From NCBI GenBank assembly GCA_028287765.1, contig JAQBPA010000073.1, positions 1 to 45,117 of the forward strand: 45,117 bases of DNA, given 5' to 3'. Positions within the stretch are counted from its first letter, which is position 1, and every line of letters starts with the position of its first letter. This document shows positions 9,301-20,100 of this stretch, in pieces. The DNA comes from Bacteriovoracaceae bacterium. GTDB taxonomy: Bacteria; Bdellovibrionota; UBA2394. Made by a program: the position numbers and the translations under genes. Below the pieces are notes generated by a model. That model saw nothing but the letters and a program-made list of their open reading frames with translations, had not been told where the DNA came from and made no database searches.

Positions 9301-11043
9301 TTAATTGACATCACTGGCTGTTACGCGAACGGCTTCTTCAATCGTTGTTACTCCGTCTCGAATTTTATTTATCGCGCTCATTCGAAGCGTTTGCATGCCG
9401 AGACGAACTGCTTCACGCTTCAGCTCGGCAGTACTCGCACCGTTAAGAACAAATTCTTTAAGTTCGTCGCGCATCACCATCACTTCATAAAGAGCGACTC
9501 GACCTTTGTATCCCGTATTGGAACAAGCAGGGCATCCTTTGCCGTGCTTAGGTTTCATACTGCCGGCCACATCAGGATTCACACCGATGTCGAGTAAACT
9601 TTGAACAGGAACTTTTTCGTCTTGAATGCATTCCTGACAAATTTTTCTAGCAAGTCTCTGAGCGACAATTGAATTTAAAGCTGACGAAACTAAAAAGGGT
9701 TCAATCCCCATATTTAATAATCGACTGACGGTGCTGGGGGCATCGTTCGTGTGAAGCGTCGAGAGGACTAAGTGACCTGTGAGTGCAGCTTTGATGGCAA
9801 TTTCTGCTGTTTCAAAATCTCGAATTTCCCCGACCATGATAATATCGGGATCTTGCCGCAAAAAAGATCTAAGGGCGGCCGCAAAGTTAAGCCCGATCGA
9901 TTCATGCATTTGCACTTGATTGATCCCGGCCAAATTGAATTCTACGGGATCTTCGGCCGTCGAAATGTTTTCGGTAATCTGATTGAGTTCAGAAAGCGCT
10001 GAGTAGAGAGACGTGGTTTTTCCGGATCCTGTAGGGCCCGTCACAAGAACCATTCCAAAGGGCTGATGAATGGTTTTTTTAAAGTTCTGAAGCGCGGCAT
10101 CTTCAAAGCCGAGCTTCGTCATATCCAGTTGCAAATTTCCCTTATCTAAAAGACGTAGAACTATTTTTTCACCGAAGAGTGTTGGACAAACAGAAACCCG
10201 AAAGTCCATTTCTTTCCCTTTTGAATATTTCATTTTGATACGTCCGTCTTGTGGAAGGCGGCGTTCTGCAATATCCAGGGAAGACATAATTTTAATACGA
10301 GATGAAATGGCATTTTTAAGTTTGAGGGGCGGCTTCATCTGTTCTTGAAGAACCCCGTCAACACGATACCGAATGCGAAGAGATTTTTCGTAAGGTTCAA
10401 CGTGAATATCGGACGCACCTTTACGAATCGCCTCTATTAAGATGAGATTCACAAGTTTAACGACCGGTGCGTCTTCCGAAGCTTTTTCTAGATCGGCAAG
10501 ATCAAGATCGGAATCGCCAGCGACAAGTTCGACGTCTTCGTCGGCAAAATCTGCCATGACGTCGCTAAATTTCATGGCATCGCTTTCGTAATATTTTTCG
10601 ATGCCTTCTTTAATCGCCTGTTCGGAAGCGACGACGACTTCAATATTGTATCCCGTTAAGAATTTCAGATCGTCGATAGCAAAAATATTACTCGGATCAC
10701 TCATGGCAACAATCAGGTTGCTGCCGACTTTATTGACGGGAAGTACTAAATGCTTTTCTGCGACATCGCGTGGAATCAGACCGATAATTTCGCTATCGAC
10801 TTCGAACGAAGTTAAATCAATGGAAGGAACACCAAATTGTTTACTTAAAAAATTGGTGAGTTCGGTCTCTTTGATGAAACCCAATTTTGTTAGATTAAAA
10901 CTGAGGCGGCCTCCGTTAGTTCGAGACGCTTCTTGTGCCTTCATGAGTTGGGACGCCGAAATAAGATTCTCTTTTACGAGAAGCTCACCTAAGCGATTAG
11001 ATGTACCGCGAGCTGCCATAAATTTTGAATTTTCCTCCCCCAA
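9301..11043 (-). CDS. pilB: type IV pilus assembly (extension) ATPase, GspE family
   Basis: N-terminal GspE-N type domain (LGELLVKENLISASQL), Walker A GPTGSGKTTS, DPDIIMVGEIRD, and a tetracysteine motif CQEC...CPAC. Confidence 0.92.
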   Translation of the reverse strand: MGEENSKFMAARGTSNRLGELLVKENLISASQLMKAQEASRTNGGRLSFNLTKLGFIKETELTNFLSKQFGVPSIDLTSFEVDSEIIGLIPRDVAEKHLVLPVNKVGSNLIVAMSDPSNIFAIDDLKFLTGYNIEVVVASEQAIKEGIEKYYESDAMKFSDVMADFADEDVELVAGDSDLDLADLEKASEDAPVVKLVNLILIEAIRKGASDIHVEPYEKSLRIRYRVDGVLQEQMKPPLKLKNAISSRIKIMSSLDIAERRLPQDGRIKMKYSKGKEMDFRVSVCPTLFGEKIVLRLLDKGNLQLDMTKLGFEDAALQNFKKTIHQPFGMVLVTGPTGSGKTTSLYSALSELNQITENISTAEDPVEFNLAGINQVQMHESIGLNFAAALRSFLRQDPDIIMVGEIRDFETAEIAIKAALTGHLVLSTLHTNDAPSTVSRLLNMGIEPFLVSSALNSIVAQRLARKICQECIQDEKVPVQSLLDIGVNPDVAGSMKPKHGKGCPACSNTGYKGRVALYEVMVMRDELKEFVLNGASTAELKREAVRLGMQTLRMSAINKIRDGVTTIEEAVRVTASDVN

Positions 11044-11172
11044 GAGAATGAACTGAAAAACTGACCCTTGATTAGTTTATCGCAGAACTGACAATTTGTG
11101 ACGAGCTGCGCCAAAAAAGGGCGCAAAGACTTCCACGCACTCGAACTCTATTTTAAGATAAAAAAAGAATTC

Positions 11173-12195
11173 TTAAGGAGTTCCATAGGTTTGGAACCGC
11201 TGTGTCAGAAAATCGACATGACTTAACGAAAGTGAATTATTTTCAGTTGGGGGTCGCAATAAGTTCATACTATGAAAAAAATTTCGAGATTCTTGAATAT
11301 CCTGGGAAATCTGTGCCTTCAAAAGCGAGAGATCCTTGAACTTCATTTCAGAGCGAAGGTGCTTTAAAAAGAAAAGTCTTACACGCCTTTCATAAAGTGA
11401 ATCATTAAAATCAAGCAGATGTGCTTCGATCGATCTCTGTTTGTTTTCAAAACTTGGATTGAAGCCGATATTGGAAGCCGACGTAAAAAATTGAGACGAT
11501 TCTAAGTCTTCTAAAATCGTAATATAGACGCCATCCTTGGGTAGGCACTCACGATCTGTCTTTATATTAGCAGTCGGAAATCCCAATTTTTCTCCGCGCT
11601 CGAATCCTCTCTCGACAGTTCCGGAGAGAAAGTAAGGATGGCCTAGATATCGATTAGCTGCTTCGATTTCACCGAGCGACACCAGCTCGCGAATTCGACT
11701 ACTACTCAAAACAACTCCGTCTTGAATAACGGGTGCGACTTCGATTATTTCAAAATCCGTCTGCTTTTTAAGGAGATCAACGGTTCCTCTTCCTTCAAAA
11801 CCAAATCTAAAATTCGGTCCAATGCTAATCACTTTCGCCTGAAGTTTTTTTCGCAAAATCTCGTCGATAAACTTTTCCGCACTTATTTTTCTGAAATCAG
11901 AATCGAAAGTTTGTTCAAGGATGAATTCAAATCCAAGATGACGAAGCCACTGCCGTTTTTCGTCACGAGAAAAAAGAAGCAGAGGAGCTTTTTCGGGACG
12001 TAAAATTTTTGTGGGATGAGGTTCAAAAGTAAACACGAGCGACGAAAGATTTCGACGCTTTGCGCTGTCCAAGCAAGTCATTAATATTTTCTGATGTCCG
12101 AGGTGAATGCCGTCAAAATTCCCCAAACAAATAGAGGACGGCGTTCCCGAAGGGAAAAGCTTGAAGTCATTGATCACTTGAATCTGCGTCGACAC
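11173..12195 (-). CDS. ribF: bifunctional riboflavin kinase / FMN adenylyltransferase
   Basis: N-terminal FAD synthetase motif GNFDGIHLGHQ. C-terminal riboflavin kinase segments GFPTANI and IEAHLLDF. Confidence 0.9.
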   Translation of the reverse strand: MSTQIQVINDFKLFPSGTPSSICLGNFDGIHLGHQKILMTCLDSAKRRNLSSLVFTFEPHPTKILRPEKAPLLLFSRDEKRQWLRHLGFEFILEQTFDSDFRKISAEKFIDEILRKKLQAKVISIGPNFRFGFEGRGTVDLLKKQTDFEIIEVAPVIQDGVVLSSSRIRELVSLGEIEAANRYLGHPYFLSGTVERGFERGEKLGFPTANIKTDRECLPKDGVYITILEDLESSQFFTSASNIGFNPSFENKQRSIEAHLLDFNDSLYERRVRLFFLKHLRSEMKFKDLSLLKAQISQDIQESRNFFHSMNLLRPPTENNSLSLSHVDFLTQRFQTYGTP

Positions 12196-12271
12196 GAACG
12201 TTTATGTTATTCTTAAAAAGGAGGATTCTGTCCATTTTATAAATGAAAGTTACTTTTTATAAGCCCTAACC

Positions 12272-14026
12272 ATGGAAAAAACACCTACATTTCAGGTTCA
12301 AGCGTTCGGGAGTTACTACCTCCTCGAGCGAATCGCCGTGGGGGGAATGGCCGAAATCTTTAAGGCCAAGCAGATCGGCGTTCGAGGTTTCGAAAAAATT
12401 CTCGTGATCAAAAAAATTCTACACCATTTGAGTGAAGATCCAGAGTTTGTCGAGATGTTTGAGGACGAAGCCAAAATTGCGGCTCAACTTTCTCAAGCAA
12501 ACATAGTCCAAATTTATGAACTGGGTGAAGTCGAAGGCACTCTCTATATCACGATGGAGTATGTCGACGGTAAAAATATGCGCGATGTTACGCGAAGCTG
12601 CGGTCAGCGAAGTATTCATCTGAGTGTCGAGCAATGCGTCTTTTTTATGACCGAAGTTCTCAAAGGACTCGACTACGCTCACCGAAAAACAGATTCGTCT
12701 GGAATTCCGCTCGCGATCGTTCATCGCGATATAAGCCCGCAAAACATTATCGTCTCTTACGAAGGTGAAATTAAAATATTAGATTTTGGAATTGCAAAGG
12801 CAGCGAGCAAAATTTCAAAAACGGAAGCAGGAGTTCTCAAGGGAAAATTTAGTTATATGTCTCCCGAGCAAGCGTCCGGAAAGATGATCACGCAGACAAC
12901 CGATATTTATGCCTGTGGGGTCATTTTTCACGAACTTCTCACATCGGATCGTCTTTTTCGTGCAAAGTCCGATATGGAAACTCTCGAGAAAGTGAAAGAG
13001 GGAATCATTGCGCCGCCTTCCCAAAAAAATTCTCTCATCCCACCAGAACTTGATGTGATCGTCTTGAAATCTCTCGCAAGAGATTCAAACAGTCGCTATC
13101 AAACCGCTGGCGAAATGCTGAATGATTTAAATCGGCTGAGTCTCGCAAAATCTTTTCGATATAGTTCTCAAGATCTTGGTGCTTTTATGAAGGCACTTTT
13201 TTCAAATACAATTTTAGAGGAAAAAGAAAGACTCATCGACGCGCTCGCAAAGATTCCGACAGCTTCAAGTGATCCACTCGTGAATGCTAGAACCCATATT
13301 GCCTTTAAACGCCCCCCCGCATCTTCTGACGGAGCCAGTTCGCAAAATCAAGATGAGCTTACATTTACCGTAAGTCGAAAAGGTTTATTTCTTCGAAGTC
13401 CGAAGAGCCGAAGAATGTTTTTGGGTGCTGCTTTAGTTGTTGCTGTTGCTTTTGTTCTAGCGATTTTGGTCGGACGATCAAAAAATCCTGAGCCAAATTC
13501 TTCAACCGTAAACGCTCCTATTCCTACACCCAAAACCGATGGACCTGATTCGGTTCCCAATCCAAATTCGATTCAAAAAGTAAACCAAGGCCAAGAAGTT
13601 CCCAAAATTCCCGAGGTGAAGCAGCCTTCAAAACGAGACAATGTGGAATCCATTCTTGGGCAAGTCACACCTCCTCCACTCGAAGACTCGCCGCTCCCGA
13701 AACCGATCGCCGAAGATCCTCCAAAGAAAAGACTGGAGAAAAAAGCGAAACCAGAACCCACTCGAAAGCCGGAGCCGACTTCAGTCGCGAAATCAAATGA
13801 AAAAACTTTTGGAACCATGGACGTGATGGCACCGTCTGAAGGATTCGCACAACTTTTTATCGACGGCAAACCCTTCGGAACCGTGCCCGGACCCAAAGCT
13901 CGAGGAATTCGTCTGGAATCTGGAAATCACATCGTCAAATGTGCCACAAGCAAAAATTCTTATAATGGCAAGATTGAAATTAGAGGCGATGAGCTCGCGA
14001 CTATTCGATGCCAAGATTTAAAATAA
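12272..14026 (+). CDS. Hanks-type Ser/Thr protein kinase with one TM helix, a Pro/Lys-rich linker and a C-terminal PEGA-like domain
   Basis: Kinase motifs GGMAEIFKA, HRDISPQN, DFGIAK and YMSPEQ. TM helix FLGAALVVAVAFVLAILV. The C-terminus GFAQLFIDGKPFGTVPG resembles a PEGA domain. Confidence 0.85.
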   Translation: MEKTPTFQVQAFGSYYLLERIAVGGMAEIFKAKQIGVRGFEKILVIKKILHHLSEDPEFVEMFEDEAKIAAQLSQANIVQIYELGEVEGTLYITMEYVDGKNMRDVTRSCGQRSIHLSVEQCVFFMTEVLKGLDYAHRKTDSSGIPLAIVHRDISPQNIIVSYEGEIKILDFGIAKAASKISKTEAGVLKGKFSYMSPEQASGKMITQTTDIYACGVIFHELLTSDRLFRAKSDMETLEKVKEGIIAPPSQKNSLIPPELDVIVLKSLARDSNSRYQTAGEMLNDLNRLSLAKSFRYSSQDLGAFMKALFSNTILEEKERLIDALAKIPTASSDPLVNARTHIAFKRPPASSDGASSQNQDELTFTVSRKGLFLRSPKSRRMFLGAALVVAVAFVLAILVGRSKNPEPNSSTVNAPIPTPKTDGPDSVPNPNSIQKVNQGQEVPKIPEVKQPSKRDNVESILGQVTPPPLEDSPLPKPIAEDPPKKRLEKKAKPEPTRKPEPTSVAKSNEKTFGTMDVMAPSEGFAQLFIDGKPFGTVPGPKARGIRLESGNHIVKCATSKNSYNGKIEIRGDELATIRCQDLK

Positions 14027-14109
14027 AAGACCCCCGTTGCTTTTATTGACAGATCCCTAACAACTGAAAATACTAAAGGCTCTAAAAAGAGTCTTCGGGG
14101 AGGGGTCGG

Positions 14110-15549
14110 GTGTTTAGATTTTTTGTTTTAACTTTGTTATTTGTTACGACAGACGCCCATGCACGTGTTCAGGATTTTGAGAACGCTCTAAAGGCTATTC
14201 GCGTTGCTTCCATTCGAGATCTGCTCGGAAATGTATCCCCCGCCGATGGCGTAAAAGGCACGATTGCTGCCGCCAGTTCTCGTGTACATCCGGATTATGG
14301 ATTATTCGATTGGACGAGAGATAGTGCCATTACAGCGATTGAACTTGTCTTCTTGTATAAGGACGAAAAAAACCCAGCTCTGAAAGACACTTATTTTAAT
14401 ACTTTAGTAGATTATCTTCGAGCCGGGCGAAGAAAACAAATGACTCCTAATCTGAGTGGAAACCCTGGTGATACAGGAAACGGCGAACCCAAATGGAATT
14501 TAAATCTCTCACCCTATTCTTTGAGTTGGGGGCGTCCTCAAAATGATGGCCCAGCTCTTCGCGCAAAAACGCTGACATTCTTTGCTGAAATTCTTATCGA
14601 AGAAGGACAGGAAGATCTCGTCCGAAAACTTTTTTATGATGGACGTATTCCGTCTGAAACGCTTCTGAAGGCCGATCTTGAATTTGTTTCACACCATTGG
14701 AAGGATTTATCTTACGAAATGTGGGAAGAATGTCGAGGCGAGCACTTCTCAAATTTTCATCAACAAAGACGAGCGCTCTGGGTCGGCGCAAAACTCGCAG
14801 ATTTTCTTAACGATCCGAAAGCAGCCGAATGGTATCGAAGCGAAGCCGCTCAGCTCAGAGAAAAAATTCTTAGTCATTGGCGAGACGATCTGGGGTATTT
14901 TGTAGAATCACAGGATCCCGCCCTTTCATACCGAAACCTCGACGCTGCCGTCATTCTCTCAACGCTTGATCAAGATGATGATCCATTTCTTCGAGCCAGT
15001 GATGATCGGATTTTATCGACGGTAGAAAATTTGCGGACTCAAATGCATGATCTCTACAATATTAATAAGCTGACGCGAAATGAACAAGATGAGGAACTCG
15101 GAGACGCCATTGGAAGGTATACGCAAGATACTTATGATGGATATCGGACAGGCTCCCAAGGAAATCCTTGGTTTTTGATCACCGCAGGTTTTGCTGAACA
15201 TAGCTATATCACCGCTCAAGAGATTAAAAAAGCCGAGAGAATCGTCATCACCCAAAGAAATTTAAATTTTCTAAAATACGCTCTTCGTCGAACCAGGATT
15301 CAAATCCATCCGGGTGATATTATTTTTTCTGCGGATCCAAAATTTCAAAAGATCATTGATGGCATTCGAATGAATGGAGATGCCTATATGAGACGCATTC
15401 TTTACCATGCTCACGACGATGGCTCGCTTTCTGAGCAAATGAATAAAGAGAACGGCTATATGCAGGGAGCTGAAAAACTGACGTGGAGCTGTGCGGCCAC
15501 TCTTTCGGCTCTCAGAGAGAGAGATAATCTCCATCAGCTTTTAAAATAG
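14110..15549 (+). CDS. secreted glycoside hydrolase family 15 (glucoamylase-like)
   Basis: GTG start. Signal peptide MFRFFVLTLLFVTTDAHA. GH15-typical segments FDWTRDSAIT, RPQNDGPALRA, and YEMWEE with the catalytic Glu context. Confidence 0.8.
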   Translation: MFRFFVLTLLFVTTDAHARVQDFENALKAIRVASIRDLLGNVSPADGVKGTIAAASSRVHPDYGLFDWTRDSAITAIELVFLYKDEKNPALKDTYFNTLVDYLRAGRRKQMTPNLSGNPGDTGNGEPKWNLNLSPYSLSWGRPQNDGPALRAKTLTFFAEILIEEGQEDLVRKLFYDGRIPSETLLKADLEFVSHHWKDLSYEMWEECRGEHFSNFHQQRRALWVGAKLADFLNDPKAAEWYRSEAAQLREKILSHWRDDLGYFVESQDPALSYRNLDAAVILSTLDQDDDPFLRASDDRILSTVENLRTQMHDLYNINKLTRNEQDEELGDAIGRYTQDTYDGYRTGSQGNPWFLITAGFAEHSYITAQEIKKAERIVITQRNLNFLKYALRRTRIQIHPGDIIFSADPKFQKIIDGIRMNGDAYMRRILYHAHDDGSLSEQMNKENGYMQGAEKLTWSCAATLSALRERDNLHQLLK

Positions 15550-15550
15550 T

Positions 15551-16768
15551 TCAGCGTTTAGGAACAAATCCGTATTGATCATAGGCGTTACGTTTTTCGT
15601 AATTGCTAAGGACCTCGTAGGCTTCGCCCAACTCCTTAAACTTCTCTTCAGCCTCTTTGTCATCGGGGTGAGTATCCGGATGATATTTTACAGCGAGCTT
15701 TCGGAAAGCTCTCTTAATGGCATCTGTCGATGCACCTCGCTCCACTCCAAGAACTTCGTAGTAATCTCTTTTTACAGGGCGTCTCGCTGCAAACGGAGGT
15801 GACTGATGGCTGTAGCTTCCGTTTTCAGCACGGCTGTATTGTCCATTATTACCGCTTTCTCTTGGCGTGCTCTCTTCATAAAGAAGAACCATTTCATCCA
15901 TGGCTTTTCGCGCTTCGTAAGAAAAACGCAGCGATGCACCATGAACAGTTCTTCTTAATTCATCGACGAAAGTTTTGAATTCAGGATTTTTGAAGTTTTC
16001 GGGATGGGATTTAAAAATCTTTTCAATATCACGAATAAATTGAGGTAAGAGAACTTCCGACCAGTTTTTATCAGATGAGCCATTTGTTCGAAATCTTTCG
16101 AAAACAATCGACTGCATCGCACGAGCCACTTTGCCTTTGCCGCCGACTCCATTTCCGCTCTGATGCAAAAAATCCGGAGGAAGATTTGAAACGAGCTTTA
16201 AAAAAACTTCAACAGCTCTTGAAGATTCAATATCCGGCCGCTGAATCTCGTGAACTAAATCCCAGATCGGTCCAATGATGGGTTCTTGAAAAAGTCTGTA
16301 GTCACCTATTCCTTTTGTTCCAAAGTCAAAGTCAGTTCGAATATTATTTATATTTTGAATAACAAAGTGGTTCACACTCTCAAAAACTTTAAAAGCGAGC
16401 TCGCGATCCAAAGTTCCTACCTGCAAACCCATTCGGGTTTCGTTAACTAGTCTCAAAATTTCCATGTGCGTCACCTTTTTAATCGCCTCAGGATCCTCGA
16501 GTGCTTTAAGCCGTGTCTGAATACTTGCCGTGACGGCCTCTTTTTCCTGAGGCCATTGAGACGCTTCAAATAAATGTTCAAGAATTTTTCCGCATTTCCA
16601 TGGCGATACATCATCAGCAAAACGGTAATTTCCATCACCGATTATGCCGTCCGCAAAAATCGGAATACCAAGCGATTGAAACAGCACGAGCAGCAAAATC
16701 CCAAAAGCGACTCGGTGTACAATAAAATGAAACTTTTCAAAAATAGTTCGCCCTAAGTGCCAGCACAT
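15551..16768 (-). CDS. protein with N-terminal signal/anchor helix and C-terminal J-domain
   Basis: The C-terminal ~70 aa [35 protein letters not shown]...[18 protein letters not shown] is a canonical DnaJ J-domain with HPD. The N-terminus has the hydrophobic stretch [20 protein letters not shown]. Confidence 0.8.
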   Translation of the reverse strand: MCWHLGRTIFEKFHFIVHRVAFGILLLVLFQSLGIPIFADGIIGDGNYRFADDVSPWKCGKILEHLFEASQWPQEKEAVTASIQTRLKALEDPEAIKKVTHMEILRLVNETRMGLQVGTLDRELAFKVFESVNHFVIQNINNIRTDFDFGTKGIGDYRLFQEPIIGPIWDLVHEIQRPDIESSRAVEVFLKLVSNLPPDFLHQSGNGVGGKGKVARAMQSIVFERFRTNGSSDKNWSEVLLPQFIRDIEKIFKSHPENFKNPEFKTFVDELRRTVHGASLRFSYEARKAMDEMVLLYEESTPRESGNNGQYSRAENGSYSHQSPPFAARRPVKRDYYEVLGVERGASTDAIKRAFRKLAVKYHPDTHPDDKEAEEKFKELGEAYEVLSNYEKRNAYDQYGFVPKR

Positions 16769-17156
16769 ACTTCTCCTTTATAAAGCAAGATTAATGCCAA
16801 AACTAAAAATTTACTCAGTTTCTTAGGTGTTTGATTTTACTATTATTTTCTATTTGTCAAGAACGCCTCTTTGCATTTAGCAGGCCGGGCTGCCCCTTAA
16901 ACGTCCCATTTGAGGGGTCAAACCGGTTAGGAGCCAGGGTATGGAACCTGGCTCCGCCTTCAATATTTATTCCGAAATAATTTTATTTTTCTTAAGCAGT
17001 CGGACATTTTTGCCCGAGTTTTTATAGTTAAAATGAAATTTATCAACAAGTTCGGCGTGTTCTCAAGTATTTAAAACTATGTTAATTCTAAATATAGGAG
17101 TGGTCCTTTTTAAGAGATTTGAGTTTTTGGGGTAAACGAACTCAAAGAAGGTAAAA

Positions 17157-20100
17157 ATGAACTCACTTGACTACTCTTTACCCATAAAAATCTTTTTTAT
17201 TTCAAGTCTGTGTTTTATTTTTTCAGCGTGTAGCTCCTCTCAAACTTCAGTGCCAAGCGAAACGCTAAATCCAAAAGGTTTAATATCTAACCAGGTCACC
17301 TATGTGGATACCATTTGGCTTGATGATTCCATTCCCTCAGGATCTTTGAGCGGCTCTTCGGGTGGAGACTCTTGGAACTGGATTTCTTCAAATCCCACTC
17401 CCATTTCGGGAAGTTTAGCTCACACTTCAAATATCAGCGCGGGTCAGCATCAGCATTACTTCACCTGGCCGACGACTCCATTTTCCATTAACACAGGCGA
17501 TAAAATTTTTACGTATATCTACTTAGATCCAAATAATATTCCATCCGAAGTCATGCTCGAATGGCATGATGGCACTTCGTGGGAACACCGTGCTTACTGG
17601 GGTGCGAATTCAATTGCGAATGGTACGGACGGAACAGCTTCGCGTTATTCAATGGGCGCTCTTCCCGCGGTCGGTCAGTGGGTTCGATTGGAAGTTCCTG
17701 CAAATCTTGTTGGACTTGAAGGAAAATCTCTCATCGGTATGACTTTCACTCTCTTCGGAGGTCGTGCGACTTGGGATAAGACAGGTAAATCTTCTGCTTC
17801 CGCTGCTCAAATTACGCCAGCTCCGCCAACTATTCTCAACGAACTCGTTTGGGTTGATGATTCAATTCCCACAGGATCTCAAGGTGGTGCTGCTGGCGGG
17901 GATTCTTGGAATTGGATTTCTACAAATCCCACTCCCATTTCTGGAAGCTTGGCTCACGTATCAAATATTAGTACAGGTCAGCATCAGCACTACTTCACTT
18001 GGCCGACCACTCCATTTTCGATTAACACCGGCGATAAAATTTTCACTTTCATTTACTTAGATCCAAATAATATTCCATCCGAAGTCATGCTCGAGTGGCA
18101 TGACGGCACTTCGTGGGAACACCGTGCTTACTGGGGTGCGAATTCAATTGCGAATGGTACGGACGGAACAGCTTCGCGTTATTCAATGGGCGCTCTTCCC
18201 GCAGTCGGTCAGTGGGTTCGATTGGAAATTCCTGCAAATCTTGTCGGCCTTGAAGGAAAATCCCTCATCGGCATGACCTTTACTCTCTTCGGTGGTCGTG
18301 CCACTTGGGATAAAACGGGGAAATCTTTTTTTACCAATATCCCAAGCCCCACTCCGCCTGTGCAATCTCAAATGAAGCTCGCCCTTTCTGGACCAAGCAC
18401 GGGAATCGCGGGAACTTGCATTGGTCCCTTCACCGTGACGACAAAAGATTCCAATAATAATTTAGCGAATGTGAGTGCCAATATTTCAATCGCTCTCACC
18501 ATGCCGACAAGTGGAAATACCTATTTAGACACCGCATGCACGACAGCATCTTCTCTCTCGGTTCCATCCGGAACAGCTACGAAATCTTTTTACTTCAAAG
18601 ATACTGGATATAATAAAAACTCGGTTCCCATTTCTGTCTCACTCCTTGCGCAAGCGAGTGGCTATACTTCATCAACGTTTTCTTTTTATGAGGTCGCAGG
18701 AATTCCCACTCAAATTATCTTTTTAACGCAACCCTCTTCAGCTGCTCTAGTTGGCGCTGTTCTCGCGGTGCAACCTTCGGTTCTAATTGAAGACGCACTC
18801 GGCAATAAGGTGAACTCGTCCGCTTTAGTCTCGTTAATCCCTTATTCAAACGCGAGCTGTACTATTCGAGCATCTGGCTCACTCACTGGCTCCAATTCGA
18901 TAACCGGAATTGGTGTTATCCTTCCTAGTAGCCTTCGCATCTCTGACCCCAGCTCGACAGCGGTGAACGGAGTCGCGAGCTTTTCAGGTATATCGTATTC
19001 GAACGCCTCGACCATTTATCTTGGAGCTTCAAGTTCAGGTTTAGTCAGTGCGTGTTCAAACGCCATCACCGTCTCGACCGTTACGCCACCGCCACCACCA
19101 CCTCCTCCTCCAGGTCAGGGCTATTCGATATGGAAAAATACCGTTCAGCCTTTACTCGCGAGTAAATGCAACGATTGCCATATCGGCGAAAGATTTGGTT
19201 ATGCAAGTTTAAGTCGAGCGGGCTCAACCTTTAGCGAAACGGAAAGCCAAAACAATTACGATAAATTTAAGACAATGATTTCTCTCGATTATCCTCAGAA
19301 AAGTCGACTGATTGAAAAAGCTTTACCCGGGGCACATCCGAACTCGATTCAACACGCGGGTGGAAATGGTTTAATTCAAGAAAATGATTCTACTTATACG
19401 ACTTTCTTAAATTGGATCAATCAAGAGAGAACTGAACGATGTCCTCAGTGTGGGATGGCCGCAACAAATCAATTTTTAGCTTATGTGAAGCAACCCAATT
19501 ATTTTTGGAGTATTGCGCGTGATCCCATGCGTAACGACGGAGCACGACAAGGTGCTCGCATTATGCTTCAAAAAATTGATCCAGCAAGTTTTAGTCCCGT
19601 CGGTAGCCCGATTGATTTTCTTGCTGGAATAAATTTCTGCGAGGGAAGTGTTTGCAGCGATTCTTATTGTAACGATACAGGTGACTGTGATTTTGGAAAT
19701 ATGTCGGTTAGCTATTCCGGAACTCAAATGGCTTTTGAATGTAAAAGGCCGATTAACGGAGAAAGCTGGGCGCAACGAGATTGGAATATCTGCATCGCTG
19801 GCATCGACGCTAACGGAAAAGCTGTACAGCCGCATTATTTGAGGCCCGCAAAAGATCGTCACTGGGGATTGGCGCTCGAAAGACATACCCCCTTCGCACG
19901 ATACGCTGCAAACGGATCTGCCCTCACAGGAGTTGACGATCGGCAGTTTGTGTACCGAAGAAGAAACGATATCACGCCCATTTTTTCACCTGGCGACGAT
20001 CGAATTTATTTTGCAAGCGAAAGCCCAGATCCTCGTACGGGAGAAGATTCAGTAGAAACTTATCACGGAGATTTTCACCTCTTTAATATTATTTCAACCG

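Noticed and set aside
7133-11056. Antisense or overlapping ORFs inside pilC, pilT and pilB (7133..7429, 7423..7647, 8511..8801, 9220..9597, 9305..9490, 9772..10002, 10601..11056).
   Set aside because: They are shadow ORFs of highly conserved pil genes with no independent support.
11107-11125. The hairpin TGCGCC-aaaaaag-GGCGCA, considered as the ribF terminator.
   Set aside because: On the minus strand the T-run sits in the loop rather than trailing the stem. It is not a canonical intrinsic terminator.
12419-14014. Antisense ORFs within the Ser/Thr kinase gene, including 13573..13896 and 13348..13560 in the Pro/Lys-rich linker region.
   Set aside because: Low-complexity coding sequence generates open frames on the opposite strand. 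No motifs or translation signals are present.
19087-19113. The proline-codon run, considered as a slippage-prone microsatellite.
   Set aside because: The codons are mixed (cca ccg cca cca cca cct cct cct cca), so it is a coding Pro9 linker rather than a perfect nucleotide repeat.
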